Shown: positions 36,112-38,051 of the stretch, one piece after another
Position numbering within the stretch: position 1 is the first letter of the stretch
Layout of the letters: every line of letters begins with the position of its first letter
Assembly (NCBI GenBank): GCA_964200185.2
Contig: CAXNAD020000035.1
Coordinates: forward strand, 1 to 38,051
Source: Choristocarpus tenellus KU-1152
Lineage: Eukaryota > Protista > Phaeophyceae
DNA: 38,051 bases
Direction of reading: 5' to 3'
Notes under the pieces: model-generated
What the model saw: only the letters and a program-made list of their open reading frames with translations
What the model was told of the DNA's origin: nothing
Databases searched by the model: none
Made by a program: the position numbers and the translations under genes

Positions 36112-36368
36112 TAAGGCGACCTGATTGGCGATCGGCATATCAAATTAAAGCTCAGATCATAACCAATCGATTGGTGAAAATAAATCCGATACAAAAAAAT
36201 ATCTTGATATGATTTTCAGCGATTTTCATATTTTTGGCAATTCAACCAACCCTTTCAGCATTTCCTAACTCAACACAAAGTAATTTGCAACTGGATTTCT
36301 TTGCACCAATCGACAGCATTTGGTCTCAGCTTCAATTTGATATGCTGATCACCGATCAGGACACCTTA
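36112..36368. mobile_element. MITE with ~76-bp imperfect terminal inverted repeats and TA flanks (Tc1/mariner-like)
   Basis: 36112-36187 aligns without gaps to the reverse complement of 36293-36368 (61/76 by hand count); TA at 36112-13 and 36367-68; non-coding AT-rich core. Confidence 0.8.
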
Positions 36369-37149
36369 TATCACCTCGAAATAAATCAAGGTCTGTTGTA
36401 TCCTAGAGGCGACTGCCAACACCATATTAATATCAGGACAATGAGACTGAGGGACAAGCATGTCGTGAGGAAACAAGCCTGGTGTAAATGTGTCCAAGGA
36501 AAGTGCAAATGGAGGGGAATGGTTGGCAATTGGGCAGCAATGGCCCATAACTGAAGTATCATTTCGTATCAATATCCCATATTTATTTGCTCCTTAATGG
36601 TGAAGGTGCAAACATATCGATGAGGAGATGTACAGGCAGGAACAATCACAGAGTCTGAAGTTAACTTGCGTCAGCACTAAGGACAATGAAAATATGTACC
36701 TTGCAGATTTTACGGCAGGGTATTTTGAAACAGCAGTGACAAGAAGCCACTGAGGAGTAAGTATTGAATAATATGTGAAGGTCTTGGTAACTGATCAAAG
36801 CCTAGATATGGGATAGCCTCGTTAAATTACTGATCATCATGGGGAACACAGTCACTACCCGTTATTGGGTGCATCTTGTGGGAAAGGCACTAGAGAACTG
36901 CATGGATCACTGTTGTCTGGATGAGGTCTTCTGTCTAACTATTGGGGAGGATACCAAAAGGCAGCCACCTGGGTCTGGGGCAATCCGCAAGGGGTCACAC
37001 CCTGTGGAATTTGGGTGAGGTGGCATCCTGACATCAATAACCCTCAAGAAGTAGTATATTTGATCTCCTGAGTGGAGAAGCTGAGAAGTTTTGCACTTTT
37101 TAGTACACTACAGAATTATGGAAAAGCATAGCAGGTCTGGGGCAGCACA

Positions 37150-38051
37150 AGAGCAAGGTTTCTTCTTTTGATAGACCCAGGTGTTGTTGGTGTCACTCAG
37201 GTCGGTAGGGCTGAGGAAGGTCCTGCCAAGATGAAAGATGAAGAAAAGGTGATATTCACTGACTTGCGCCATAGCTGTTGCTGGCAGGGCTATGAGATAG
37301 ATGTGTGTTGATCGGGAATAGATTTAATACCTCCATGACTATGGCACCAGCAATGACAAGAACATCATGGTACATTAACAGGTGAGATAAGTCTGGTCAT
37401 GGTGATGGATCCAGGCCAAGACAGTCTGGTGGTGTGTGTCGGGGTCTTTTTGTGGAATGAAGGGCAGACTAACGCATTTGGGTGCAATCGAAGGCAACTA
37501 ATACCATTGAAGAGAGGTCCTTCCCTTACCCCTAGAGTAGCAGCAGGGAGAGAGGACTTCCTGTTACCTCTCGAAGAGCATTTTACACCATTTCAAATGG
37601 TGGTGGGTTTGAGGAATTGAATGCATCTATACCACCCTCAGAATTGGCAATCACATGTCATCTGTCTCTGGTCACCTTGTAAATCCCTGCATTATGAAGG
37701 AACATGATGGGGGCGTTCTGGTTACAATGTGGATCATATGGTCAGTCATGTTTGCCCTCGATTGTCTCTACAGGAGGTAACATGGCCCAGGTATACAATC
37801 TTTTACATCAAGTGCAACTGGGTTTGAGGGTCTGGGGTTGTTTGAAAGTTTCGGAGTCAAGAAAGTACACAGCACATGGGACTAGCGTGTCAGAGGGCCT
37901 GGTCTGGAAGCTTCCAGAATATTATAGGGGTGGTTAGGGGCCCATTTTTTCATGTTGTGATTTTTGGGTGATTTGGTTGCATGCATCAGGTGGATAATGT
38001 AAGTTCACTTCTCCTGATCAGGGTCCAAATGGACACCCTGGTGTAGACTCC
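37150..38051 (-). mobile_element. Decayed Ty3/Gypsy pol (RT-RNase H) remnant, running off the window end
   Basis: - strand CAVYFLDSETFKQ..LKPSC, then IVYLGHVTS (37799-37773), LFER*QEVLS, and HLGRTFLSPTD (37233-37201), in Gypsy RT to RNase H order; frameshifts and deletions. May extend to ~36600. Confidence 0.6.

Overview
Eukaryotic, intron-rich, repeat-littered DNA, most likely a brown alga or close stramenopile. This taxon call is an inference from an RTE-type LINE fragment of the kind common in phaeophytes and from CCCTAA repeats. The window is dominated by one minus-strand gene, which I assembled by hand into 33 phase-consistent exons (35762->12503, 4887 nt, 1628 aa). It encodes an unusually long exocyst subunit Sec5/EXOC2 with two GC-AG introns and an unexplained ~260-aa N-terminal extension. 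The flanks hold decayed retroelements (Ty3/Gypsy gag and pol, LINE/RTE, probable Penelope). There is also a TA-flanked MITE just upstream of the gene, a long intronic hairpin, and micro- and minisatellites. CpG is strongly depleted except at the gene 5' end and in the first ~1 kb. Most ORFs in the supplied track are spurious or partial exon read-throughs. I see no convincing novel multi-gene system. The best leads are the Sec5 N-terminal domain, the intronic hairpin, possible alternative exons and the CpG-decay signature.
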